Part shown: piece after piece, positions 27,983 through 40,077 of the stretch
Layout of the letters: each line of letters starts with the position of its first letter
Numbering within the stretch: position 1 is the first letter of the stretch
Assembly: GCF_009914755.1 (NCBI RefSeq)
Contig: NC_060930.1
DNA from: the human T2T-CHM13v2.0 reference genome, Homo sapiens
Length of the DNA stretch: 64,000 nucleotides
Reading direction: 5' to 3' (one strand)
Made by a program: the position numbers and the translations under genes
The notes under the pieces: model-generated
Seen by the model: only the letters and a program-made list of their open reading frames with translations
The model's database searches: none
What the model was told of the DNA's origin: nothing

Positions 27983-28317
27983 TACCCCTACCTTTGTGTT
28001 CAACACATTTGTAGCAATACATTTTGGACCTTTCTGGTATTGGAGCGGACGTATCGCAGATGTGTGGGACTTGTCCTTGCATTACTGTGCACAGCTCTGT
28101 CAGCCCAGAAAGCCAGTCCTTAGCTTGTAAAATGCAGAAAGTCACGGATGGTTACATGGTTAAGATTTAATAATCACTCGTCATAGTAATTAGAGAAGTA
28201 CCTGTTGTTGATTTTTACATATTATGAATAAACACACTCATTGCTTTGAAGTCCAAGTCACATGTCTGGCTCTGCAGTGGAGATGGTGCTGGGCACACAG
28301 GAGGGTGAGGAGGATGA

Positions 28318-28563
<246 letters not shown>

Positions 28564-28709
28564 TAGCCAATGAGCCTTGTAGGGCAGTCTCAGTCTCTTT
28601 CTGTACACTGATTTAACAGTTTTTCTTCTGTCTGAAGATAAAATGTTTGTGGATATTTGGTAATTTCTAGTAAATGGCTGAAATATAATAATTCTTTTTC
28701 TTTTTGCAG

Positions 28710-29711
28710 CGTGTTACACGTTCCCAAGAAGAACTTCGAGAAGATAAAGCTTACCAACTTGAGCGGCATCGAATAGAGGCAGCTATGGACCGAAAGTCTG
28801 ATAGTGATATGTGGATAAATCAGAGCTCCTCACTGGACTCCAGTACCTCTAGCCAGGAGCATCTGAACCATTCCTCTAAGTCGGTCACCCCTGCTTCCAC
28901 ACTGACCAAAAGTGGCCCTGGCCGTTGGAAAACACCAGCAGCCATACCGGCCACCCCTGTGGCCGTCTCCCAGCCAATCCGAACAGACCTGCCTCCGCCA
29001 CCCCCGCCACCTCCAGTCCACTATGCCGGTGATTTCGATGGAATGTCCATGGATTTGCCTCTCCCACCACCCCCTTCCGCCAACCAGATAGGGCTGCCGT
29101 CTGCGCAGGTGGCTGCTGCTGAACGGAGAAAGAGAGAAGAACATCAGCGTTGGTATGAGAAGGAGAAGGCCCGCCTGGAGGAGGAGCGGGAGAGGAAGCG
29201 GAGAGAGCAGGAGAGGAAGTTGGGCCAGATGCGCACTCAGTCCTTAAACCCTGCTCCGTTTTCTCCCCTGACTGCACAGCAGATGAAGCCCGAAAAGCCT
29301 TCCACACTCCAGCGGCCACAGGAAACAGTCATTCGGGAGCTGCAGCCTCAGCAGCAGCCCCGCACGATCGAGCGCAGAGACTTGCAGTACATTACAGTCA
29401 GCAAAGAGGAGCTTTCCTCGGGGGACAGTCTGTCCCCCGACCCGTGGAAGCGGGACGCCAAGGAGAAGCTGGAGAAGCAGCAGCAGATGCACATCGTGGA
29501 CATGCTGAGCAAGGAGATCCAGGAGCTCCAGAGCAAACCGGACCGCAGCGCCGAGGAGAGCGACCGGCTGCGCAAGCTCATGCTGGAGTGGCAGTTCCAG
29601 AAGAGACTCCAGGAGTCGAAGCAGAAGGACGAAGATGACGAGGAGGAGGAGGACGATGATGTGGACACCATGCTGATCATGCAGCGCCTGGAGGCTGAAC
29701 GAAGAGCGAGG
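28710..29711 (+). CDS. AFDN: Afadin large exon, RVTRSQEELRED...LEAERRAR (proline-rich and coiled-coil/acidic region)
   Basis: tttttgcag|CGT ... AGG|gtaaag; 1002 nt = 334 codons; ORF-track 28704..29786. Confidence 0.97.
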
Positions 29712-29786
29712 GTAAAGGGGGGAGTGCTTTGGCTGTGCCCATCTGTGGTCCCTATTTTAGCTTCTGCGTGTTTCCCATGGGGATAG
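29712..29786 (+). CDS. AFDN: Read-through alternative C-terminus VKGGVLWLCPSVVPILASACFPWG* (AF-6-type short isoform)
   Basis: Frame stays open past the donor to TAG 29784-29786; ATTAAA/AATAAA downstream; matches the recalled AF-6 C-terminus. Confidence 0.75.
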   Translation, partial: VKGGVLWLCPSVVPILASACFPWG

Positions 29787-30045
29787 CTAGGCCCCTGATC
29801 GTGATAAGGATTAAAAGGGCCCCTAGGCTTATACTGTTTTATTGTATGTGTTACTCTTGGCTGATGTCGTAGAGAAATGAGTCAGGCCTATAAGGCTAAA
29901 TTTTTTAAGACATGCTTTGACAAGTATTAAATACAATTCAAATGGAACTTGATTGTTTTCATTAGCAAACTCATAATTATCCTTTTCCTTAACACTTCCA
30001 GTTGAGAAAACAAGTATTTGTTAATGACCAGTAATAATCTTGATC

Positions 30046-30240
30046 CAGGGTAGGCAAAATTTTTCTTCCAGGGCCAGATTGATACTTTAGGCTTTGCAGG
30101 CCACGGGGACTCTGGCAACCCCCAGCTCTGCTGTTGTAGCACAAAAGCAGCCACAGGCACAAGTAAACACATGGGTGTGTCTCTGTACCAATAAAACTTT
30201 ATTTACAGAAACACAGGGCAGATGACTGTCTGGCCCCTGG
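30046..30240 (-). mobile_element. MER58A-like hAT element
   Basis: caggggtaggcaaaa ... ttaggctttgcaggcca ... ccaataaaactttatttaca ... cccctg; termini CAGGGG/CCCCTG. Confidence 0.8.
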
Positions 30241-31981
30241 TCTTGTCAGCATTTTGTGGTGGTGAACAAAAGAAACTGTTCAGATCATTACATTTACAGT
30301 CATTACCAAAAATAGAATCTTCACAGTAGTTGTACTGTTGATGAAGCAAGCATTTGTTAAGGTAATAAACAATTATATTCCAATTGTAGCATAAAGATAT
30401 TGAGAACTGATTTTATTCTTATTTCTCCACAGTATGAAAATGATTTTTGTTTTAAATAAACTAACAAAAGTATAAATTCGTTTAACACAATAAATTGTGA
30501 TGCAGAAATTTTAGATAAAAGCAAGACTTTGTTACTCTATAAAGAGAACTGTTAAGAGGCATTTACTGCTATTAATTTGGGCATTTATTAATATTAATTT
30601 ATAGAGAATGCTATTGACCATATTGTGTTCATGAGTTTTAGTGATTTTTTTTTCTTTTTTAGACACAGTGCAATATTTTGAGAAAAGATGGCCAGAGCCA
30701 TGTTCTTTTTATCTTTTGGATTCTGTTTCTAATTTCAACTGTTTTTTTATGCTGTTAATGGTAAAGCTCTACCAGGAGCTATTAGGTCAGACATTTTAAT
30801 CTTTCTACCTCACAATGAAATTTAACCTTAGATAATAATTTGTGAGTCCTTAGATCCTTGGAGCCCAGTAGTGTGATTCTTTTTCGATTTGCTCTGTGAA
30901 TTTTTCCTGAAAAGTCTCTCTCACACATACTTCTTAATATATACATATCTCAGCCAAAATGTGTGTATATATAAAACTTTGCCCAAAATTCAGCTTGAAT
31001 CCCCTTAGACACTTAAGTTTCTTAAATGAGGCCAAAGTGTGAATTATTACATTGTTTTACTACTATTTTTATTAGTATTCCTCAAGTCATTAGTAGTAAA
31101 CTTCCTGATGAGTAGCTGTGTTTACTGTAAGCACTGTTTTATTTGAAAAACCAACCACTACATTAATAGCTATTTTACTTTAAAAGTAGCTTAAAAATTA
31201 CAGTACTTTAAAAGTACTCTGCATTCCCCTCCCCATCAGAGCTCTCTGAAAGGTGCTGGGCCTGCTGGCGCCAGGTGCATGCTCCTCTGCTCTGGCCAGT
31301 GTCGCTCCTGGGTGCACTAAGATGGATTCGTTAGGATCCTAAGGACGTTCATGGCCTTGTGTCACCCACACCCCAAAAGATGAAAAGATGTCTTTTCCTT
31401 CGCTGCATTTTCAACTCTGAATATACAACTGTTGTGTATGGCAAATGAGTCAACAGTATCAGCATTTCTTATTGTTATAACTGTATCCTGACAATAATGA
31501 AAAATTAGCCTTGTAGTATTTCTGTAAGTATCTTTTTCTGTGAGGACTAAACTTTTATTTAAAGGTCTCTCAGAGTTTTTCCAAATGGGTTAAAACACTG
31601 AATATTTCAAAGCCTTTTAGTATGAATTGCGATATTTGGAAAGTTTCTTATGAAAATTTAGTAAAAAATATTTGCTTTTTGCTTAGTAGTTCTGTTACAA
31701 TTAGTATCTTAGTCTCCAAATAAGAAAGCTAAGGGAAATTTTGCTGTTTTTTATTTTCTATGTATCCTAATGATGAAACTCATTTAATACCATGTGGGCA
31801 TTTTTCTGTTTCTGAATACTAGAAGTTAGTCTGTAGTTCTTTACCTTTCTCATCAAGTTGTCGAAACACAGATGACGCATGATAGTGAGAAAATATGCCG
31901 ATGGCAGATTACAGGTCTAAACCTAACTTTTTTTTCCACACTTCATCTTTCTTTTTTTTTTTCTTTCTCTGTTACCTGCAG

Positions 31982-32017
31982 CAGACTGCTATGCCAGCAA
32001 TCTCTGTTCTAGATTTG
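31982..32017 (+). CDS. AFDN: Alternative micro-exon (Q)TAMPAISVLDL, 33 or 36 nt; read-through gives VCSCFFPFGTFFLS* (stop 32060-32062)
   Basis: Branch-like CCTAAC at 31922, about 50-nt pyrimidine tract, tandem acceptor cag|CAG|ACT, donor TTG|gtatgt; phase 0/0. Confidence 0.85.
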
Positions 32018-33356
32018 GTATGTTCTTGTTTCTTTCCCTTTGGTACTTTTTTCCTGTCTTGATTTTCTTTTCTTTCAGTGGTGGCTGTTTGATGTTTTCA
32101 GTAGATCCAGTTCTCCTTAGGGGTGTCCTCCATCAGGAGATGGAGTCCCTGACACTTTAGAAGCATGCCTTTGAATGTTCCTAGATTTAGTTACTCTTTG
32201 CTTTTCTCCGTTAATTTTAAGTGTTACTGTTTGTTTATGGTTTTGACCTTTTCTCGGTTTCAGTCATAAATTGATTCCGTGTATTCTTACGTAGTCATAA
32301 ATACATGAGCAAATGAAATAAATTTTGTAATGAGTAATCTATTTCATTTTTTTCACATTAGACATAGATTTTAAATATTCAGTTGTTATAAACTCAGCTG
32401 AAAGGGTATTGACATTATTTGCCAGTTAAGATATAACTGTCTGTTGGTAGAGTAAGAGATTTCCAGTGAACATGTATTCTATGTTTTCTTTAATAATATA
32501 ACATGGATTAATTCAGTTTATCAGCCATGCCAATTTATCAGTCTGCTGAAAAATACTTGAGGTTCATGGTCTGTTGTAAATTCAAAGTGTTCATTGTCAT
32601 ATTGGGGAAGTTTGGCTCATCGTTTAGGGCCCATTATGCTTGCGTATGGTATCTTTATCACCTGCTAGACAATTATACTCTGATATATTTATATAAACTT
32701 GAAGACAAATTCTAGTCAACTTATAAAGACAAAAGCCAATATCAGACGGTACATTTAAAACCTGTGAATCAAGGTTTGACTTTAGTGGCCTTTTCACCAA
32801 ATAATAGTCCCCTTTTCCTTCCCCCCCTCAGTTTAGCACAGCGGTAATAACACCTTAGAGAGGAACCTTTCTTACAAACACCTTCCCTCCTTGGTGATTG
32901 GAAGGCATATTTTCTGAGCTTTGCATTTTTTTTTTTACATGAAACAAAGATTTAAAAGTTATACATTTTTCTCCCTACTTCTTTGTGTGTTTTGGTGTAC
33001 ATAAGTGTAGCTGGAAGATATTGATCAGAGTCACCTTAGTGTGAGATATTCATTCAGCAAATACTTGCTCAGCATCCATGACACGGTGGGCACTGACCTG
33101 AGGCATTGAAGATACCAGCCAGCTCTCAGGCCCAAAGAGAGTTTCTTATACTATGAAGAATTCTGTGACACATGAACAGTAAAATAATGCTTGCAATAAG
33201 GTTTTTGTTCCATAGAAATAATTCAGAGAGTTTCTTTCTTTAGAAGATAATTATTTTGAGTATTAATATTGATCTTAACCACATGTTTCTGAGCATTTCT
33301 TAGCCCAGTTCCCCAGTACATATTATTAACAGCACCTCATTATTTATAAAATTCTT

Positions 33357-33636
33357 GGGTGGGCACAGTGGTTCATGCCTGTAATCCCAGCACTTTGGGA
33401 GGCCGAGCAGGTGAATCACCTGAGGCCAGGAGTTCAAGACCAGCCTGACCAACATGGTGAAACCTCGTCTCTACTAAAAATACAAAAATTAGCTGGGCAC
33501 AGTGGCGGGCACCTGTAATGCCAGCTACTCAGGAGGCTGAGGCATGACACTTGCTCGAACCCAGGAGGTGGAGGTTGCAGTGACCAGAGATTGCACCACT
33601 GCACTCCAGCCTGGGGAACAGAGCGAGACTTTGGCT

Positions 33637-33667
<31 letters not shown>
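33357..33667 (+). mobile_element. AluS-type element, sense
   Basis: Full dimer with A30 tail; flanking duplication TATA(A/G)AATTCTT. Confidence 0.94.
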
Positions 33668-33669
<2 letters not shown>

Positions 33670-34059
33670 ATAGAATTCTTTTTATGTAAGAATTGGCAGG
33701 TTACCCTAGGAGACCCTCATCTGTGAAGATATTAGCCCTCTCCTTAATAAGGATAAGGGCAAATATGTGACTATATAGGGAGTGACACTACCCAGTATGG
33801 TTCTTAAGATATTTTCTTAGACACATCACAGGATTTTCAGGTAGGTAATTAGAGAAATGAGGCAGGTCTTTTCCTGTTTGGAAGCAGCTGAGTTTCATAA
33901 AGTTGGGAGGCTGCCTGCACTCGTTTCTGCTCTTCCCTCTGGTCTCTTTGTGACCCATCACCCCTGTCAGTCCAGGGCCTACCTTCTCCATCCTCTGTGC
34001 TCACTTCCGACCTGAGACGGTAGCACCACTTTGATGCCAGCAATATCCTCATTTGATTT

Positions 34060-34560
34060 CTAGTCCAAACTTCTCACATACTAAAGACTCAGATATCCAC
34101 CTGCCCATGTAACATCTCCACATGGAGTCAAGTAAGACTTTTGGAATGCAGCATGCTCAAAGTGAAATCTTTGTCTGCTTCACTCACCTTGCACTGCTCA
34201 TCATTCTGCCTTCAGCCTTCCCCATTTCAGCTGATGCTTCGAGTTGCTCAGGCAAGAAACCTCACAGTCATGCATGACCCCCTTTTTTCTCTGTTCAGAA
34301 ACTCTACTGGCTTGACCTCCTCACAACCTGACCAATCTCTGTGCCCCCGTGACCAGAGCCTCTCTCCTTTTCCTGCCGGGGTCACTGCGAGAGACTGGCA
34401 GGATCCCTCGGTACTGTCCCCCAGTCCCTTCACAGGACAGCCTTGACATAGCATACAGCAGTCTCACGAGAATGTCCTCACAGCCCTCCTAAGTCTCTCC
34501 TTTCACTTAGACAGGCGGTCTAAGTTTGCTCGGGTCTCATCTCCTCTTCACACCCTTGCC
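34060..34560 (+). mobile_element. L2 LINE remnant
   Basis: actcagatatccacctgccc ... gcatgctcaaagtgaa (by eye). Confidence 0.5.
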
Positions 34561-35520
34561 CACTGGCCCTCCAGCCTGCCTGCCTGCCTTCTAGTGACCC
34601 TCCACATGTTGGGCCGTCGGGAGGGTCCCTGCCTGTCTCCATGGCTGACCCTCTTGGCACATGCAGGTGTCTCTCAGATGCCACCTTTCTGGGGGGGCCC
34701 ACCTGCCCCCACTGCTTCATATGGGGGGGCCCACCTGCCCATGCTGCTTTGTATCAGGGGCCCACTGGCCTCACTGTGTCCTGTGTGTTTTTCTGTGGAC
34801 ATGCTATACACATTACTCATCATTAGGCATGTTTGTCTCTTCTGGGTAGCGCCACCTCCATGGGAACAGTGACCTTTGTCCAAGTTTCTAGAAGAGTTCT
34901 GGAGTGTGGTAGGCAGTCGAGTGAGTGGGATCGGATTCCAGGCCAAGGTCCCAAGCTCTCGAAGGTGTGTGACCTTCCTGACTGTTAGCATCTCAAGAGT
35001 AAAGCTGTTACTAGGTTGTTTCCTATTTTAATGACTGAGATGGTGTGTAAGTCATGTTCAAACCAAAGTCTGACTTGCTGGAGGGATCTCCTTCAGCACT
35101 AGATTATGATGAAGCCCATTGTGTCGTTAGGGCTTTTCCTTTATATCGCATGGGCAAATCCAGGACACCTGGAATTCGTCAGGATGTCTGCTTTCTCCTG
35201 GCAGAGTACTCTGTCCTAGCCTTGGAACCTGTCTCTAACTTGAGTAGCCGGTTAGTTAGGACCATGGAGGTGGCCGTGACTGTGGCTGCAGCCTCGAGAA
35301 GTAGCTAGTCCTTCCACCTGATGACAAGGTGTGTGACTCGTGCCTTCATTGCTCCAGGTTGCCACATAACTGCATATATTCCTCTCATTTCCTCATGACA
35401 AAGCTATTCTATGGCAGAGCACAAGGGCCTAAGCCAGCATGGAAGAGATTGACCCAGTATCACACAGAGCACGTGAGAGCCAGGGTCCCCAAACCCACCA
35501 TGGGAGAGACTTTGCCAGTA

Positions 35521-35855
35521 CATGTTGAACATTCCTAATCTGAAAATTCAGAATCCAAAATCCAAAACTCTTTGAGCACCGACATTATGCCACAAGTAGA
35601 AAATTCCACACCTGACCTCAGTGAGAGGTTGTAGTCAAAGCTTCGTTTTATGTCCAAAATTATTTCAAATATGTTATAAAATTACCTTTAGGCTATATAT
35701 ATAGTGTATATGAAACAGAAATCAATTCATATTTAGACTTGGGTCCTGTTTCCAGGAAATCTCATTACATATATGCAAATAGTCCAAAAATAAAAAATCC
35801 AAAATTTGAAACACTTCTGGTTCCAAGCATTTTGGATAAGGGATACTCTGCTTTG
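35521..35855. mobile_element. Tigger4/MER46-like element
   Basis: TA-flanked; catgttgaacattcctaatctgaaaa ... ttttggataagggatactc. Confidence 0.8.
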
Positions 35856-38800
35856 TATCACATGGATCAGGTGAGAGTGAAGGTTTTAACGAGAGTTTTC
35901 TGAATTCATATTACGTGCCCTTTCTAGGACACAAAAATGCCTCTTTTTGTAACACTGTAGTGGCAGGAACCATTTTCTCGAAATTTACTTGGTTTGACAA
36001 ATCTCTCAGTGGCTAAGCTCAGGTTTGTCTTGTTAACACGTTTTAATGGATCATCTGCTGACTCAGAAAACATGAGAACTCACAGGAGAAATTCCTCCCC
36101 CTTGGGGTAATAATACCAGTGAAAAGATGTTTTCAAAGAGTTCCGTGGTTCTGCTGCTTTCCTTACATGAAAGCCCAAGCTAGGTCTTCCCTCCTCTTCC
36201 GCTTTCTTGTTTTTGTTTGCTTGTTTTTGCGTGGAACTGTAGAAATTGGACATGCCCCTCTTGAGCATCCCAGGTATAGAAGGGGTTGAATTAAAAGCCT
36301 TATAAAAATTTCAAGCAGGAATTAGTAGGAAGCCTAATTTCAGAATTGTTTCTTCAGAGAAATCTATCTGGGGGAAGTCAGACTGTATTTTGTCTATTCA
36401 AATTGGAGTGCCTCTAGAATGAAAATGGGCCCTGCCCAGAATATCAGAGCCACAGTGTAGTCACAGTGCATCTTCAGGAAGTCTCAGTTTTACTCAAGGA
36501 ATTAGGAGAAGAAATATGTATTAAAACCAACACGTATATATTGCAGAATGGAATACAAAGTTTGTATGATTGCGTAAAACAGTTGCCCTAAAAGAACTTC
36601 AAGTTTCTGTTGTAGGCCTCTTTGAGCCACACTGTCTTCCTTGTGGATTACGGTGTTAAGTCTCTGCCACAAGGGCGTTTCACCAGCTAAGCTCTAGATC
36701 TTACAACTTCTAATAAAATGGTCATTTTACTTAAATCTGAAAAAAGTGTGTGGGCTGTGCTACAGGAAGGGAGCTAGCACTTACTGAGGACCAGGTGCTA
36801 CAGTGGATGGTTTTTCCTGTGTCATTTAATACATTCTACCACTGTGAGAGAGGACTTCAGTTTCCTAATGAGGAAATCGGTCCCTAAGACATAGAGTAGA
36901 CTTTTGCTTGGTCTAAAAACCAGGTGTTATGTCACTTACCAGAGGTACTCCGATTCAATCATTAATTTGTAATAAATGATCAGGTGTTTTCTTCATGTTT
37001 TTGTCCCTAAAATTTTTTTAGGGTGGACATTTTTAAAGGGAGGGAGCATAGGCAGAAAAAGTCTGTAGAGTAAAAGGCTTTTTAAGGGCTTTAACAGAGT
37101 CGTGTTTTCAGTAATTTGTCAAAAAGTAAAGGGTATTATGACCCCATTTTATGTTCAGATACCAGTTTCATTTTCATGATACAAAATTATAAACACACAG
37201 ATCTCAACATATACACACACATATATATGTATATAAAACCTGAAAATACCTGTTTTGGGGAATGTGGACTACCCATATAGCAGAACCTTGGTTCAAGCTT
37301 GCTACATACTGGCTTTCAAATCCCAGTGTAGTTCTCGATTTAGAATAACTTTCAGTCTGCATGGTCTTGATTCATCGGGTAATAGTTATTTTTTAATCTA
37401 TTCTGCACTCTCCTCAAAGATCACTTCCTGCAAGGCTATTTTGGTAGCATGTAACTTTTCATTCTTTTAATCAAAGTGCTAATCTAATAGGCAGTTTGCC
37501 ACTGGATTGCTGGGTGATTAAATTTGTAATTTAAGTTAAAATATCCTTTAAGTGTTACTGAATGTGAGTAACCCATACAATTCAGTGTACTGTTTTAAGC
37601 TATTATTTTGAGTAAATTAAGAGATTCTCGTTTTTCTCATTAATGCTTTGTGAATGGTGGGAGTAAAGCAACATAGCTTTGAAGAACAAAACAATTTATG
37701 TTTTGGAGATGGAAATACGTGAGTTAGCCAAAGAGTGGAAAGAAACTGCCTTGATGACATTGGTGCTGGTTGATTTGCCTTCCTTTACGAATAGTAACTG
37801 ATGAGCTGAACACAAGTGGAGGCTCCTTGCTGACCGCATTCCAGATTTAGAAGAATAGAGGTTTTTAAGAAGAAAATGCCTGTTTTTACAGATTTATAAA
37901 AAATTATGAAAATGATAATTGTTCTGATTTCTTAAAATATACTTCTGTTTAAAAGAACTAATTGGTCTATCATTGTGTAACACTTTCTTGCTCAGCGCTT
38001 ATTTTTAATTGAGGCTAGAAAATATTAACATAAATTAGTTTGTGCTTTGTGGGATAAGGAAAAGGCCCATATTGCATTAATGCAATTTTACATTCTACCC
38101 TAATTACTTTTCTGTAGAATATTTAATATTCTCACTTGCTTTATTTTGCTATTTTTGTTTGGCGCTGTTTCTCCTAGTTCTCCTAGTTTTTCTTGACCCC
38201 TGAAATCCTTGCTGAACGTTTCCATCCTTTGCTCTGGCCCCTGGTGCAGGAAGCCTGTGGGGAGCTGTGGCTGGTTCTGTCAACTCAAGGGCAAGGCGTC
38301 ACCGACGGCTTCCTTGTGGGTTCTTAGTGGCATCTACTCCTGCTATAAGCCCCCTAAAAGCCAGTCATCCTAACATCCCTCTTGGGGTATGGATAGGTTG
38401 TCCTAAAGAGACAGTTCAATTATTTGTCTCTTTGAGAAGACAATTTTAATTTTTTTCTAAGATGTTTTATTATTGTTTATTGACATGAAAAAGCCTAGTA
38501 ACACAGGTTAATTTATTCTTTCTCACCAGATACAGTGTTTTCTTCACAGAAATCAAGGGAGAGTGAAGTTGATTTTTATTTAAAAAAAAAAATACATACA
38601 AAATCAATTCAAATTCCAGCACTTAACATTGTTATATTTCTACTACAAACAATTTATAGACAAACTGGTAATTCTGTAGAAATTGAAGCACGTAGGAATT
38701 TTATGTAAGGGATTCCTGCAGTGGTTAGAGATTGAACTAGATGGCTTTAAGTTTCATTTTAATCCTATAAATATTGATTACTTCTTCATGACACATGATA

Positions 38801-39942
38801 ATACAGCTGTGGGTGTTCCTGTAGCACAGGTCTATACCAGATAAGAAGTAAATGGAGAACACAGTTTTCAAAGTTACCATTATCTTAGACTAGAATAACA
38901 GAAAAGCTGCGTGTATCCAAGACCAAAAGGGAGAGTCTTTCTGTTCTGCACTGGTTGTTAATCCAGGGTTCCTCTTTAGAAAAGGTATTTTCAACCTATA
39001 GTGCATAGAGATGTGAGCAGAAGGATAAAGGAGCTAAAAATTGAAAAGAAGGGACTTAGGTATTTGAAGGACATCCTTAAGTATTTGAATGATATGAAGG
39101 AAAGGTATCTTTCTGTGTTTCAAAAAGGCAGAACTGGAATGACCAAAAAGAGAAACAATGAGGTAATGAATTGTTAACATAAGAACTTCTTGACTAGTGT
39201 TACCTGAAAACAGAATGGATTGTATTGACTGAGAGGTCAACATTAGGTCCAGACAGAAGAGAGCCGAGATAGGGCTCCTTCCCATCTCAGGTTCAGAGTC
39301 CATGGTGCAGAGTGTAGGGTAGTCCTGAGTCGGGAGGGAATTCTTGAAGTCCAGGGTGGGATCTGGAGGGAGCTGATGGTAAAGGGCAGAGGAGAGAGAG
39401 TGGCAGGCCTTGGTCCCCGGGAAAGATGGACGACTGCCCGGCCCACTGGAGTCACATATGCTGCTTCTGTCCCACCTATGCAGAGGCGAGTGGGGGCCTC
39501 CCTCTTCTACAATATATTCGTAGTGGAAATTAAAAAGGGAGAGGAGAAAGGAGGTGTTTCAGTGTGTTCTGCAGGTCCATCAAGTGGGGCCTGTTTGAGC
39601 CTGTTAATTTACATGAACGGGTTAACTAAATTTGTTCCAGTAAAAGAATTGTGCTTGTTGAATGTGTGAATGTAGATGATAAATTCCATCTTATAGCCAT
39701 GATTAATGGAGGAATAACTGGGATTTGTGGCAACCGTTTTTAGGTAATTTATTTTAAAATTGTAGAGCTAAAAAATTGTAAAAAGTTTTATTTTCCAACA
39801 GTGATTTTAACCTGGTATTTTATATTTAACTTTCTGTGTGTGTGTGTTTGTGTATATGTGTGTCTACTTGTCTTAATGTGTGCATTTTATGTCTTGTGCT
39901 GGTGGAGTTTGTGGAGGGAGATTAATGTCAGCCTGTTGTTAG

Positions 39943-40077
39943 TTGCAGGACGAGGAGCGGAGGCGGCAGCAGCAGTTAGAAGAGATGCGCAAGCGGGAAG
40001 CGGAAGACCGAGCGAGGCAAGAGGAAGAGCGCCGGCGGCAGGAGGAGGAGCGAACAAAACGAGACGCTGAAGAAAAG
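39943..40077 (+). CDS. AFDN: Afadin exon LQDEERRRQQQLEE...KRDAEEK; read-through adds VMVL* (TAA 40090-40092)
   Basis: ttgttag|TTG ... AAG|gttatg; 135 nt = 45 codons; charged coiled-coil sequence. Confidence 0.94.

Noticed and set aside
28830-29680. Antisense and alternative-frame ORFs over the large exon
   Set aside because: Shadows of GC-rich, low-complexity AFDN coding sequence
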